Positions 19,682 through 33,064 of a stretch of DNA of 64,000 bases are shown piece after piece. Numbering within the stretch: position 1 is the stretch's first letter; each line of letters opens with the position of its first letter. The stretch spans positions 928,001 to 992,000 of the forward strand of contig JAXGMI010000001.1 of the NCBI GenBank assembly GCA_040768745.1, written 5' to 3'. Both the position numbers and the translations under genes were made by a program. The DNA comes from Desulfomicrobium sp. Lineage in GTDB: Bacteria; Desulfobacterota; Desulfovibrionia; Desulfovibrionales; Desulfomicrobiaceae. The notes under the pieces were generated by a model. It did not search any database. It had not been told where the DNA came from and was given only the letters and a program-made list of their open reading frames with translations.

Positions 19682-20479
19682 TTATTTGTCGGGAAAATCC
19701 AGATTCAGTTCCGGATGGTTCCGCAGATAGGACAGGATGGTCCGGAAGTCGGTCTCGGTGTGTGGCTCGAACGTGGCGGTGATAGGAGTGTCACTGCTTT
19801 TCAGCCAGGCCCACAGTAAATCCCAGGGAATATTCCCCTGGCCCAATCCGAGGTGCTGATCCGCGCTGCCATCGTTGTCATGCAGGTGCAGATGGCTGAT
19901 CAATCCGCCCAGGGTGTCCAGCCACAAGCCAAGATCACCGCGTTCGTAACCCCTGGCAAAACTGTGCCAGTGTCCCACGTCCAGACACATGCGTGCCCGG
20001 CCGCCCAGGGCGCGCAGAACTTCCACGTGGTGCCTGGGCGTGTCCTCGTACACATTCTCCAGGAACAAGGGTACGTCACCGGTGTGATCGAGAATACGGT
20101 TCCAGGTCTCTACGACACGGGAGCGCCATGCGTCCTGATGGCGGCCGTACGTGCCATGCCGGTAGTCCAGGTGGGCGACGTAGTGGGCCGGAGCATAAGT
20201 TTGGGCCACGTCCACGGCCTGCAGAAGACGTTCGACGCAGACATGCCTGGCCAGACGGTCCAGGCTGCCTGGGTGGATGTCGAAAAAGGGCAGGTGCACG
20301 GCGCAGGTCAGTCCGGCCTCATGGAAGACCCGGGCCTGCTCCCGGTGCCAGGCCGGGGAGCAGCAATCGAGGACCTGGGCGTCCAGACCCAGTTCGGGGT
20401 TGAGTCCCCGGGCCAGGAAAAGTTCCACATGCTCGGGGCGCTCGGTGACATGGCGCAGAGGCAGGTTGACGAAGGTCAT
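19682..20479 (-). CDS. Sugar-phosphate isomerase / AP-endonuclease-2 TIM-barrel protein
   Basis: VHLPF.D, LENVYE, CLDVGH, HLHLHDNDG..DQHLGLG.G.I, TFEP. Confidence 0.85.
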   Translation of the reverse strand: MTFVNLPLRHVTERPEHVELFLARGLNPELGLDAQVLDCCSPAWHREQARVFHEAGLTCAVHLPFFDIHPGSLDRLARHVCVERLLQAVDVAQTYAPAHYVAHLDYRHGTYGRHQDAWRSRVVETWNRILDHTGDVPLFLENVYEDTPRHHVEVLRALGGRARMCLDVGHWHSFARGYERGDLGLWLDTLGGLISHLHLHDNDGSADQHLGLGQGNIPWDLLWAWLKSSDTPITATFEPHTETDFRTILSYLRNHPELNLDFPDK

Positions 20480-20510
20480 GGCAAAGGAGGTGGAAAGAGG
20501 CCTGGGCCTC

Positions 20511-21074
20511 CTAGCTTTTGCCCGCTTCAAGCAGTTCGTTGCGGGTGAAGATGCTCTGCAGTTCGAACCCGGCCTGGGCCAAATTTTCACGGCCCCCCTG
20601 TTCCCGGTCCAGCACGGCCATGATGGCCACGATGTTCAGACCCTGCTCGCGCACCCGGTCCACGGCCTTCAGGAGGGTGCCACCGGTGGTGATGACGTCC
20701 TCCAGGAGACAGACGTTCTGACCGGGCTCGAAGTTTTTCAGACCCTCCAGATACTGGTTGGTCCCATGTCCCTTGGATTTCTTGCGGATAATGAACCCGG
20801 GCAGGGGGTAACCTTCCAGGTAGGAGACCACAGTCACAGCCGAAACCAGGGGGTCAGCGCCCAGGGTCATGCCGCCCACGCCCTGGATGCCACCCTTGGA
20901 GCGAATCATGTCCAGAAAGAACTTGCCGATGAGCCACGCCCCTTCGGGATGCAGGGCCGTGTGCTTGCAGTCGAAATAGTAGTCGCTCTTTTTTCCCGAG
21001 GTCAGGGTGAAATTGCCCTCCAGATAGGATTTCTCAAGGAGCAGGCGGGCCAGTCGTTTCTTCAGTTCAAGCAT
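20511..21074 (-). CDS. pyrE: Orotate phosphoribosyltransferase
   Basis: FTLTSGKKSDYYFD, GGMTLGADP, RKKSKGHG, LLEDVITTGG. Confidence 0.95.
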   Translation of the reverse strand: MLELKKRLARLLLEKSYLEGNFTLTSGKKSDYYFDCKHTALHPEGAWLIGKFFLDMIRSKGGIQGVGGMTLGADPLVSAVTVVSYLEGYPLPGFIIRKKSKGHGTNQYLEGLKNFEPGQNVCLLEDVITTGGTLLKAVDRVREQGLNIVAIMAVLDREQGGRENLAQAGFELQSIFTRNELLEAGKS

Positions 21075-22377
21075 TGTTTGTCCTCTGCGCAAAGACGCGG
21101 CTGAATATGGTCTGTTCGTGCCGCAGGTAGTAATTCACGTCAAAAGCCTGATCCAGGCGAGTCGGGGTCAGGTGTGCGGTGATCCCGGCATCGGCGCGCA
21201 CGGCCGCCTCGAAGGAGGTCCGCTCCCGCCAGCAGCGCATGGCCACACCCTGGACCAGCTCGTAGGCCTTCTGCCGCTCCAGGCCGCTTTCCACCAGGGC
21301 CAGGAGCACCCGCTGGGAGAAAAAGAGGCCATAGGAGCCCATCAGGTTGCGCTCCATGTTCTCGGGAATGATGCGCAGGTTTTTCAAGAGCCCGTTCAGG
21401 CGGTGGAGCATGTAGTTCACCAGGATGGTGGAGTCGGGCATGATCACTCGCTCTACCGAGGAATGGCTGATGTCCCGTTCGTGCCACAGGGCCATGTTCT
21501 CCATTGCCGCCAGGGCGTTGCTGCGCACCAGGCGGGAGAGGCCGGTCAGGTTTTCGGCGGAAATGGGATTCTTCTTGTGGGGCATGGCCGAGGATCCTTT
21601 CTGGCCCTTGCCGAAACCTTCCTCCACCTCCAGCACTTCGGTCCGCTGCAGATGCCTGAGCTCCACGCAGATCCGCTCCACCCCGCCGGCGATGAGGGCC
21701 AAGGCCGTGAAGTACTGGGCATAGCGGTCGCGCTGGATGACCTGGGTGGAGATGGGATCCACATTGAGGCCCAGGATGGTCAGGGCCCGTTCCTCCAGCT
21801 CGGGTTCCAACTGGGCGTAGGTGCCCACTGCCCCGGAAATCTTGCCGAAACGGATGTTCTCCAGGGCAGAGGCCCAGCGCTGCCGATGGCGCTGGAATTC
21901 GGCGTGGAACACGGCCATCTTCAGGCCAAAGCTGGTGGGCTCGGCGTGGATGCCGTGGGTACGGCCCATGCACAGTCGGCCGGCGTGGGCTCGGGCCATG
22001 GATTCCAGTGTATCCAGGATGCGGTCCACATCGGCCAGGATGATCCTGCCGGCCCTGGTCAGGAGCACGGCGTTGGCCGTGTCCACGATGTCCGAGGACG
22101 TGCAACCCAGATGGATGAAGCGGGACGAGGGGCCGACCTTTTCCTCCACGGCAGACAGGAAGGCGATGACGTCGTGCTTGGTGGTCTCTTCCAGCTCCAG
22201 GATGCGGTCCAGGTCGAAGTCCGCCCTCTCCCGGATGACAGCCATGTCCTCGGCCGGAATGACCCCCATGGCATGCCAGCCCTCGCAGATGGCCAGCTCA
22301 ACTTCGAGCCAGACCCGGAATTTGCGCTCCAGGGTCCAGATTTCGCCCATTTCCTTGCGTGTGTAGCGGTCGATCAT
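21067..22377 (-). CDS. purB: Adenylosuccinate lyase
   Basis: MIDRY, HDVIAF, HLGCTSSD, GRTHGIHAEP, SGAVG, GSSAMPHKKNP, ERDISHSSVER. Confidence 0.97.
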   Translation of the reverse strand: MIDRYTRKEMGEIWTLERKFRVWLEVELAICEGWHAMGVIPAEDMAVIRERADFDLDRILELEETTKHDVIAFLSAVEEKVGPSSRFIHLGCTSSDIVDTANAVLLTRAGRIILADVDRILDTLESMARAHAGRLCMGRTHGIHAEPTSFGLKMAVFHAEFQRHRQRWASALENIRFGKISGAVGTYAQLEPELEERALTILGLNVDPISTQVIQRDRYAQYFTALALIAGGVERICVELRHLQRTEVLEVEEGFGKGQKGSSAMPHKKNPISAENLTGLSRLVRSNALAAMENMALWHERDISHSSVERVIMPDSTILVNYMLHRLNGLLKNLRIIPENMERNLMGSYGLFFSQRVLLALVESGLERQKAYELVQGVAMRCWRERTSFEAAVRADAGITAHLTPTRLDQAFDVNYYLRHEQTIFSRVFAQRTNNA

Positions 22378-22430
22378 GATGGATTGTGGTGGTTGATGTT
22401 TGCATTCCGCCCGTGCAGGGGCCGGAAATG

Positions 22431-22453
22431 AAAAAGGCAGCCGGAGCTGCCTT
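22431..22453 (-). terminator. Rho-independent terminator after the FmdB-like gene
   Basis: Minus strand: AAGGCAGC-TCCG-GCTGCCTT followed by further Ts. Confidence 0.7.
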
Positions 22454-22455
22454 GG

Positions 22456-22719
22456 TCAGGATGCCGAGGAGGATGCTGTGTCCGGGGCTGGGGCCGGGGA
22501 CGTGGAACAGGCGGTGTCCTTTTTGCCGTTTCCTCCGGCCTCCTTGGAGTACCCGGAAGCAAACCATCCTCCACCCTTGAGCACAAAGGACGTATTGGAG
22601 ATAAGCCTCTGAGCCGTGCCGCCGCAAACAGGACAGGTCTTTCCCTTGTCCTGGAAATCTTTCTGCCATTCCTCGAAAATCTGACGGCAGTCCTCACAGC
22701 AGTATTCGTAGATGGGCAT
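22456..22719 (-). CDS. FmdB-family zinc-ribbon protein
   Basis: MPIYEYCCEDC..FE...CPVCG...RLIS..SF.LKGGGW; GGAGG RBS. Confidence 0.92.
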   Translation of the reverse strand: MPIYEYCCEDCRQIFEEWQKDFQDKGKTCPVCGGTAQRLISNTSFVLKGGGWFASGYSKEAGGNGKKDTACSTSPAPAPDTASSSAS

Positions 22720-22739
22720 GAGTACCTCCGTATCCAGGC

Positions 22740-22853
22740 CTATTTGTTCTTGGCGGCTGCCTTGGCTTCACGGATGCGTTCTTTAAGACGCTCTTCCCGG
22801 CGTTTGCGGCGGCGATCCAGTTCTTTTTTGCGTTCGATTTTCTTGTGAGCCAT
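22740..22853 (-). CDS. Small, very basic 37-aa protein (below the ORF-track cutoff)
   Basis: MAHKKIERKKELDRRRKRREERLKERIREAKAAAKNK*. GGAGG RBS upstream; sits just ahead of the FmdB gene in the same orientation. Confidence 0.75.
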   Translation of the reverse strand: MAHKKIERKKELDRRRKRREERLKERIREAKAAAKNK

Positions 22854-22961
22854 GTATACAATCCTCCGCTGGGATAAATTTGGTCAACCGAATTGAAGAC
22901 TGGGCTCTTATAATAAGCCTTGCCCCTTTGTCCAGTCCCAACAGTTATATGTTTTAGCGGA

Positions 22962-24071
22962 TCATACCGGCTGCAACTCGTATTTTCGTTGACCCAGTCC
23001 CAGACTCTGGGCGTAGTCGAGCAGATACTCCCCGCGTACATGGCCATGGATGGCCTGGAACTTGTCCTGCCCGGGTTGAATGTCTGCCGGCAGGAGGCTG
23101 GGATGCAGGGGCTGGGCCGCGTTGACCAAGTCCAGACAGGCCTGGTCCAGGGCCACGGGATCCCATGAAGCCAGAAGGCCAAGGTCCGGACAGATGGGGG
23201 CGTCGGAAAAACCCATGCAATCGCAGCCCGGAGTGACCTGCTGGACAAAGGTCAGGTGAAAGGAGGGCCTGGTTCGGGTAAGCAGGGCCGCGGCCGCGTA
23301 TTCCGTCATGCGTTCCAGGAAGGTGTGCACGTCCACCCGCCAGTCCACTTCCAACCCTCCTGACTTGCAGACCAAAAAGCAGGCCGCACAGCCCGCGCAC
23401 TTATCCCGGTCGATCCGGATTTTTTTGTTCAGGTCCAACTGCAGGGCGCCGTGGCTGCAGACTTCCACGCACTGGGCACAGCCCACGCAGTGTTCCGGGT
23501 GGATGGCCGGGCCCAGGCCGCAGTGCTGCTGCATCTTCCCCTTGCGGGTGGCGCAGCCCATGCCCACGTTCTTGATGGCCCCGCCGAATCCTGCCAGTTC
23601 GTGACCTTTGAAGTGACTGACTGTGACCAGCATGTCCGAGTCCACGATATCCCCGCCAAGATAGGCCAACTCGAAATGCTTGCCAGGGCAAGGGACGGCC
23701 CGCTCATTGCCGCTTTTGAGTCCATCGGCGATAATGACCGGAGCACCCAGGACATTGGGATCGAAAAAATGGGCCGCGGCCTGCAGGGTGTGGGAGACGG
23801 ATTCCCCCCGTTGTCCGACATAGAGGGTGTTGGTGTCAGTCAGGAAGGGCTTGGCTCCGCATTTGCGCAGGAAGGTCAAAAGCGGCACCAGCAGCAGTGG
23901 CCGGATATGCCCGGTTCCGCCACCCTCTCCGAAATGAAGCTTCACCGCGGTCAGATCTCCGGACCGCACCTCCCCCCCCAAGCCGGACAGTTTGAGCAGA
24001 CGCTTGACCTTGGCCTCAAAGGGAGCCTTGCGCGAGGCGCGCAGGTTCCAGAAATAGACGATTTGGGGCAT
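22962..24071 (-). CDS. DUF362 protein with a 2x[4Fe-4S] ferredoxin domain
   Basis: VKLHFGE, PFLTDTNTLY.G.R, SHFKGH...GFGGAIKN.GMGC, CxxCxxCxxxC plus CxxCxxC, CDC, DPVALDQA. Confidence 0.88.
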   Translation of the reverse strand: MPQIVYFWNLRASRKAPFEAKVKRLLKLSGLGGEVRSGDLTAVKLHFGEGGGTGHIRPLLLVPLLTFLRKCGAKPFLTDTNTLYVGQRGESVSHTLQAAAHFFDPNVLGAPVIIADGLKSGNERAVPCPGKHFELAYLGGDIVDSDMLVTVSHFKGHELAGFGGAIKNVGMGCATRKGKMQQHCGLGPAIHPEHCVGCAQCVEVCSHGALQLDLNKKIRIDRDKCAGCAACFLVCKSGGLEVDWRVDVHTFLERMTEYAAAALLTRTRPSFHLTFVQQVTPGCDCMGFSDAPICPDLGLLASWDPVALDQACLDLVNAAQPLHPSLLPADIQPGQDKFQAIHGHVRGEYLLDYAQSLGLGQRKYELQPV

Positions 24072-24074
24072 GGG

Positions 24075-25247
24075 TTACCTCGCAGGGATGGGTTCCTGGG
24101 CCTCGGTTAGCAGAAACCGGCCCTCCTGGATCCAACGCTTGAGCTCCTCGGCCACCTCCAAGGACAGGGTGTAGCTGGTCAACGGGGTGGTCGGCACATC
24201 CTTGCCGTCGATGGTGATGACGCCCTTCTTGAGTTGGGCGAAAGAGACATGCCCATACTGGCTTGGAAGTCCATTGGGATAGTCTTCGCCGTAATCGACG
24301 ATGGGTACCAGGATGTCCTCATCGGCCACCCCTGTATACCATGCCATCTCCTCGTTCAGGATGGGGATGGGGATGCCCAGGCCCACGGCCAGGGAACAGC
24401 CATAGCCGACGATGCTCACCCCTCGCAGATACCGGGCCTGCATGCCCTTGAGATCTCCCTTGACCATGAGCGTGCCCGACGGGGTCAGCGGCAGACCACG
24501 CTCTGTCCTGCGTGGCTCGGCCACGTGTTGAGTCCCTTCGCCGATCACGTAGCCCACGCCGCCCCCCAGAAAGATGCGGGTGCCAAGGCCGATGGTCATG
24601 AAATAAGGGTCATTCAACAGAGGGCTCAATTCCCCGGCCGTGGCGTAATTGGCATTGCCCATGTTGGATTTGAGGGGGCCCATGTAGGTGTATTTGCGCG
24701 TACCTGTCCGGTTAATGGCGCAGTTGTAGTTCTGGTAGCAGTTGCGTGGATTGAGCAGGATGGCGTTGCGAAGTTCGGCCAGGGAGAGGTTCTTTTCGAT
24801 GGTCTTGCGCGGATAGCAGTCCGTCCCATAGGCTTCAGCCTTCAAATGCACACGCTTCCCCTTGACCAGGTCCTCGATGACGTGACCTCCGCCGTATTTG
24901 AACTGGCCCGGGTAAACCTTGTTCAGCGGATCCTCCTCAGAGGGCTCGGTGGCGCCGATGTAGGAGTCCACGGCCGCCAGGCCGGCATAACAGGGCACGC
25001 CGTTGAGCCAGACCTTGGCCGTCTTGATGGTTGGCGGCTGCTGGCCGATGTTGAACAGGAGACCTGAGGAGCACATGGGAGAGAATGTCCCGGTCGTGAC
25101 TACGTCGACTTTGCGGGCTGCCTTGACCTTGCCCTCCTTGCGAACTAGACTGGTCATTTCACTGGCGTTGAGGACGACCGCTTTTCCTTGCCGGATTTTT
25201 TCGTTGATTTCGGCGATGGTTCTGTGGACTTCGAATGGGGTGCTCAT
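24075..25247 (-). CDS. DUF39 homocysteine biosynthesis protein (aspartate-semialdehyde sulfurtransferase, MA1821-like, no CBS domains)
   Basis: RTIAEINEKI..G.AVV, VDVVTTGTFSPMCSSG, YGGGHVIE, AYGTDCYPR, PRNCYQNY, SPLLNDP, IGEGTQH. Confidence 0.9.
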   Translation of the reverse strand: MSTPFEVHRTIAEINEKIRQGKAVVLNASEMTSLVRKEGKVKAARKVDVVTTGTFSPMCSSGLLFNIGQQPPTIKTAKVWLNGVPCYAGLAAVDSYIGATEPSEEDPLNKVYPGQFKYGGGHVIEDLVKGKRVHLKAEAYGTDCYPRKTIEKNLSLAELRNAILLNPRNCYQNYNCAINRTGTRKYTYMGPLKSNMGNANYATAGELSPLLNDPYFMTIGLGTRIFLGGGVGYVIGEGTQHVAEPRRTERGLPLTPSGTLMVKGDLKGMQARYLRGVSIVGYGCSLAVGLGIPIPILNEEMAWYTGVADEDILVPIVDYGEDYPNGLPSQYGHVSFAQLKKGVITIDGKDVPTTPLTSYTLSLEVAEELKRWIQEGRFLLTEAQEPIPAR

Positions 25248-25361
25248 GCATGTCCTCCAATAGAGTGTGGGGCCGCTGCCGGTCCGCAATTTAATTATGT
25301 CTGATTTGTATCATGGAGTAAACTGGCCATTGCACCACAATTTCGGCAACAGGGGACAGGT

Positions 25362-26654
25362 GTGAACAAGGACGGTGCCGAGGATCGCATTGGCGAAGCC
25401 CTGCTGAAAGCCTTCGCCGCCGAGGATGCGGACAAGTTGCGCCAGGCCCTGAGCCTAACACTGGAAAACGAGGTGGTGCTGGTCCGCTTTCCGCACCGAT
25501 TTTTTGCGGATTGGTTTCAACACAATGGGCAGGACCGCTTCGAGCAGGCCATGGTTGGAGTGGGCCTTGGCGTCGCCTATGGATTCCGGGATCAGGACCG
25601 GGAACGTCCCGCCCAGGAGCCCAGGCTGGCCGGTCAGACCTTGCCCTTTGGGGCAGAATTCATTTTCGATAATTTTCTGGTCAACAACAAGAATGCGTTC
25701 CCCTTGGCTTCGGCCCAGGAAGTGGCCCAGAGTCAGAACGCACACCTCAATCCCTTTGTCCTCTGCGGTGAAAGCGGTTCGGGGAAGTCTTTCCTGTTGC
25801 GGGCCATCGCCAACGTCAAGAGCGAACAAGGACCACAGGACGTATTCGTGGCCGGGATCGAGGAGATGCATGAGCTTTTCACCTCTCGTCGAGACGCCCG
25901 CAAATTTCTCATGTCCAAGAATTTTCTCGGCGTGGACGATCTGCAGGACATCGCCAGATACCAGTACCTGCAAAACGAATTGATAGTCATTTTCGATCAC
26001 TGCCATGACCGGCGAAAGCAGATGGCCTTTGCCTGCGCCGGAAAGATGGCGGGATACACGTTTCTGCTCCCCAAGCTCAAGTCACGGTTGGAGTGGGGCC
26101 TGATCGTCACCCTGAAGGCTCCGGACCTGGATATCCGCACCAGGTATGCCATGTCCCGGGGCCGGGAGCTGCAGATGGATCTGTCCAAGGAGAGGATCCT
26201 GCTCTTGGCCCATCGCTTCAGCGATTTGCGCAACCTCGAGGGCTGCCTCTTGAAACTCTGGGCCTACCGGGAACTGGTCCGTGACCAGATCAGTGACGAC
26301 GAATTTGATAATATTTTGAATTATTTGGATGATAGACCCCGTGTTTCACTGACTGCCGAGCAGATCATGGACACGGTCTGCGCCCAGATGGGGGTCGGTC
26401 GCGAGGAGCTTTTGTCTTCAGGTCGCAAGCACGAGACGGTTTTCGCCCGGCAGGTGGCCATGTTTTTGTGCCGCAGGCATTTGGGTTTGTCCTTCCCTGA
26501 GTTGGGGAAAACCTTTGGGGGACGCGACCATTCCACGGTTCTGTACAGTTGCAGAAAAATAGAACAATTACAGCGCGATGATAAATCAGTGAAAAGCATG
26601 CTACATGCCCTGTCCGAAAAATGTCTGGTCATGAACGAGAAAGGTGTTGCCTAA
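25362..26654 (+). CDS. dnaA: Chromosomal replication initiator DnaA (divergent copy)
   Basis: FDNFLV...N..P, NPFVLCGESGSGKS, VDDLQ, LKSRLEWGL, RNLEG; domain IV ARQVAMFL...LSFPELG..FGGRDHSTV. Upstream of dnaN-gyrB-gyrA. GTG start uncertain. Confidence 0.88.
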   Translation: MNKDGAEDRIGEALLKAFAAEDADKLRQALSLTLENEVVLVRFPHRFFADWFQHNGQDRFEQAMVGVGLGVAYGFRDQDRERPAQEPRLAGQTLPFGAEFIFDNFLVNNKNAFPLASAQEVAQSQNAHLNPFVLCGESGSGKSFLLRAIANVKSEQGPQDVFVAGIEEMHELFTSRRDARKFLMSKNFLGVDDLQDIARYQYLQNELIVIFDHCHDRRKQMAFACAGKMAGYTFLLPKLKSRLEWGLIVTLKAPDLDIRTRYAMSRGRELQMDLSKERILLLAHRFSDLRNLEGCLLKLWAYRELVRDQISDDEFDNILNYLDDRPRVSLTAEQIMDTVCAQMGVGREELLSSGRKHETVFARQVAMFLCRRHLGLSFPELGKTFGGRDHSTVLYSCRKIEQLQRDDKSVKSMLHALSEKCLVMNEKGVA

Positions 26655-26672
26655 ACGGAAAAGGAGTTGGCG

Positions 26673-30265
<3,593 letters not shown>

Positions 30266-30297
30266 CGCGAACCCTATAGCTTCTTCACTGAACCGAG

Positions 30298-32844
30298 GTG
30301 GATGTGTCCGATATCAGTATCGAGAAAGAACTGCAGAAATCCTACCTGGAATACTCCCTGAGCGTCATCATCGGTCGGGCCATTCCGGATGTGCGCGACG
30401 GTCTGAAACCTGTTCACCGGCGCATCCTTTTCGCCATGCACGAGCTCGGCAACACCTACAACCGGGCCTACAAGAAATCCGCCCGTGTGGTCGGCGATGT
30501 CATCGGCAAGTTCCATCCTCACGGCGATTCGGCCGTGTACGATGCCTTGGTGCGCATGGCCCAGGATTTCAACATGCGTGACCCCCTGGTGGACGGGCAG
30601 GGCAATTTCGGCTCCATTGACGGGGACGCCGCAGCGGCCATGCGGTACACCGAAGTGCGCATGTCCAAGCTGGCCGGCTCTTTTCTGGCAGACATCGAAA
30701 AGGACACGGTGGAGTTCCGGCCCAACTATGACAACTCCCTGCTGGAGCCCGAGGTCCTGCCCACCAAGGTCCCCAATCTCCTGGTCAATGGCTCGTCGGG
30801 TATCGCTGTGGGCATGGCCACCAACATTCCGCCTCACAACCTGGGCGAGGTGGTGGAAGGCACCCTGCACCTGCTGGACAACCCGCAGGCCTCCATCGAC
30901 GAGCTGATGCGCTACATCAAGGCCCCCGACTTCCCGACCGGCGCGCTCCTGTACGGCAAGTCCGGTATCCGCGAGGCCTACCACACCGGCCGCGGCTCCG
31001 TGCGCATCCGCTCGCGCATTGAGATCGAGAAGCGCAAAGGCGACCTGGAATCCATCGTCGTCAGGGAAATTCCCTACGCCCTGAACAAATCCACTCTGGT
31101 GGAAAAGATAGCCATGCTCGTCAACGAACGTAAGATCGAGGGCATCTCGGACCTGCGTGACGAGTCGGACATGAAGGGCATCCGCATCGTCATGGATCTG
31201 AAGAAGGGCGTGTTCTCGGACGTGGTCATCAACCAGCTCTTCAAGTACACCTCGCTGGAAACGAGCTTTGGCATCAACATGATGGCCGTGGTCAGCAACC
31301 GGCCCCAGCTGCTGAACCTCAAGCAGGTTCTGGAGCACTTCCTGGATTACCGGCGAGAGGTCGTCATCAGGCGCTCGCGTTTCGACCTGAAGAAAGCCCA
31401 GCACCGCGCCCACATTCTCGAAGGCCTGCGCATAGCCCTTGATTTTATCGACGAGGTGGTCAGCCTTATTCGGGCCTCGCGCACGCCGCAGGAAGCAAAG
31501 GACAGGTTGCGCGAGCGTTTCGGCCTGTCCGAGATTCAGGCCCAGGCCATCCTGGACATGCGCCTGCAGCGCCTGACCAACCTGGAACGCGAAAAGCTGC
31601 TGGAAGAATACGCCGAACTTCTGAAACAGATCGAATACCTGACCAGCGTTATCGAAAACCCGGACGTGCTCAAAGCCGTGGTCCGCCAGGAGCTGGAAGA
31701 TCTGCGCGACACCTTCGCCAGCCCCCGCAAGTCAGAAATCCTGGCCCACGATCCCGACTCCATCGATATCGAGGACATCATTCCGGACGAGCCAGTGGTC
31801 ATCACCCTGTCCCGCAACGGGTACCTGAAACGGACCAGCCTGGACAACTACCGCCAGCAACGGCGTGGCGGCACAGGCATCACCGGCGTGCAGGTGGCGG
31901 AAGAGGATTTCATCACCTCCATTCTGACCACCTCCAACCACCAGTACATGAACCTGTTCACCAACAAGGGCAGGATGTACCAGATCAAGGTCCATCAGAT
32001 TCCCGAGGGGGGCCGCACGGCAAGGGGCAAGCACGTGGCCAACCTGCTGCCTCTGGACAGCAACGAGTACATCGCTGCGGCCATGACCTGTCGGGACCTG
32101 GACCGTGAAAAATTCTATCTTTTTTATACCCGCCAGGGGGTGGTCAAACGCAGTTCCGTGGAGTTGTACCGCAACATCCGTACTGCGGGTCTCATCGCCC
32201 TGGGCATGCGTGAGGACGACGAACTCATCGGCGTGTGCGAGGTGGAAGAGGACGACGAGATGGTCCTGGTCACGGTGGACGGGTATTCCATCCGTTTTGC
32301 CTGCGCAGAAGTGCGGGCCATGGGTCGGTCGGCCACCGGCGTCAAGGGCATCGCCCTGCGCAAGGGCGATCAGGTCGTGGCTGGCGTGGTAATCAGCAGG
32401 GACACCAAGCAGGAACTTCTGACCGTAGCCGAGAACGGCTACGGGAAACGGACCCAGGTGGGACAGTTCCGGGCCCAGACGCGTGGCGGCAAGGGTGTCA
32501 TCAATATGCGCATCACCCCCAAAACAGGGAAGGTCGTAGGGGCTATGATGGTCCACCCCACCGACGAGCTCATCCTGTTGACCTCCGGCAGCAAGATCAT
32601 CCGCATCGGCATTGCCAGCATCAGCCTGGTGGGCCGAGCGGCCCAGGGCGTGCGCTTGGTCCGCCTTGAGGACGACCAGACCGTGATCTGCTTTGATCAC
32701 GTGCCGACCGAAACAGCCGAGACGAGCACAACTTCCGGAGGTGGCGTGTTCGAAGAGGGCGGAGGCCTGCTCGACGACACGGCCGATGACGGGTTCCTGG
32801 CCGACGGGTTCAGGGATGGGGGAGATGACGACGAGGAAGGATAG
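30298..32844 (+). CDS. gyrA: DNA gyrase subunit A
   Basis: [33 protein letters not shown], GyrA-box QQRRGGTG, pinwheel repeats, acidic tail. Confidence 0.97.
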   Translation: MDVSDISIEKELQKSYLEYSLSVIIGRAIPDVRDGLKPVHRRILFAMHELGNTYNRAYKKSARVVGDVIGKFHPHGDSAVYDALVRMAQDFNMRDPLVDGQGNFGSIDGDAAAAMRYTEVRMSKLAGSFLADIEKDTVEFRPNYDNSLLEPEVLPTKVPNLLVNGSSGIAVGMATNIPPHNLGEVVEGTLHLLDNPQASIDELMRYIKAPDFPTGALLYGKSGIREAYHTGRGSVRIRSRIEIEKRKGDLESIVVREIPYALNKSTLVEKIAMLVNERKIEGISDLRDESDMKGIRIVMDLKKGVFSDVVINQLFKYTSLETSFGINMMAVVSNRPQLLNLKQVLEHFLDYRREVVIRRSRFDLKKAQHRAHILEGLRIALDFIDEVVSLIRASRTPQEAKDRLRERFGLSEIQAQAILDMRLQRLTNLEREKLLEEYAELLKQIEYLTSVIENPDVLKAVVRQELEDLRDTFASPRKSEILAHDPDSIDIEDIIPDEPVVITLSRNGYLKRTSLDNYRQQRRGGTGITGVQVAEEDFITSILTTSNHQYMNLFTNKGRMYQIKVHQIPEGGRTARGKHVANLLPLDSNEYIAAAMTCRDLDREKFYLFYTRQGVVKRSSVELYRNIRTAGLIALGMREDDELIGVCEVEEDDEMVLVTVDGYSIRFACAEVRAMGRSATGVKGIALRKGDQVVAGVVISRDTKQELLTVAENGYGKRTQVGQFRAQTRGGKGVINMRITPKTGKVVGAMMVHPTDELILLTSGSKIIRIGIASISLVGRAAQGVRLVRLEDDQTVICFDHVPTETAETSTTSGGGVFEEGGGLLDDTADDGFLADGFRDGGDDDEEG

Positions 32845-32990
32845 TGGGGGGCCCCCACAGAAACGCTCGAGGACAGTGCCCTGCAGGCTGTGTGCCCCGA
32901 TGCGTTCCACCTGGCTGGACGAGCGGGGACATGTCGTGTACGGACCATCCCATGAAGCGTGATCGGAATGCAGCAGGCGCTGGAGCACAA

Positions 32991-33022
32991 AGGGACGGGC
33001 GGTAGCCGGGTCCCTTTTTTTT
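32991..33022 (+). terminator. Rho-independent terminator between gyrA and pyrB
   Basis: AGGGAC-GGGC-GGTA-GCCG-GGTCCC followed by T8. Confidence 0.75.
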
Positions 33023-33064
33023 GGTCACCGTGGTGTCAGCAACTGACGTGGGAAGGTGTAGCGC

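Noticed and set aside
20019..20034. parS-like TTCCACGTGG core
   Set aside because: Outer arms do not match the 16-bp parS palindrome; likely chance within a CDS.
25248..26672. oriC flanking dnaA
   Set aside because: Intergenic gaps are short and lack DnaA-box clusters and an unwinding element; the skew is already positive to the left of dnaA.
32845..32990. Possible structured ncRNA (6S or tRNA-like) after gyrA
   Set aside because: No cloverleaf or recognisable 6S features by eye; an Infernal scan would be needed.
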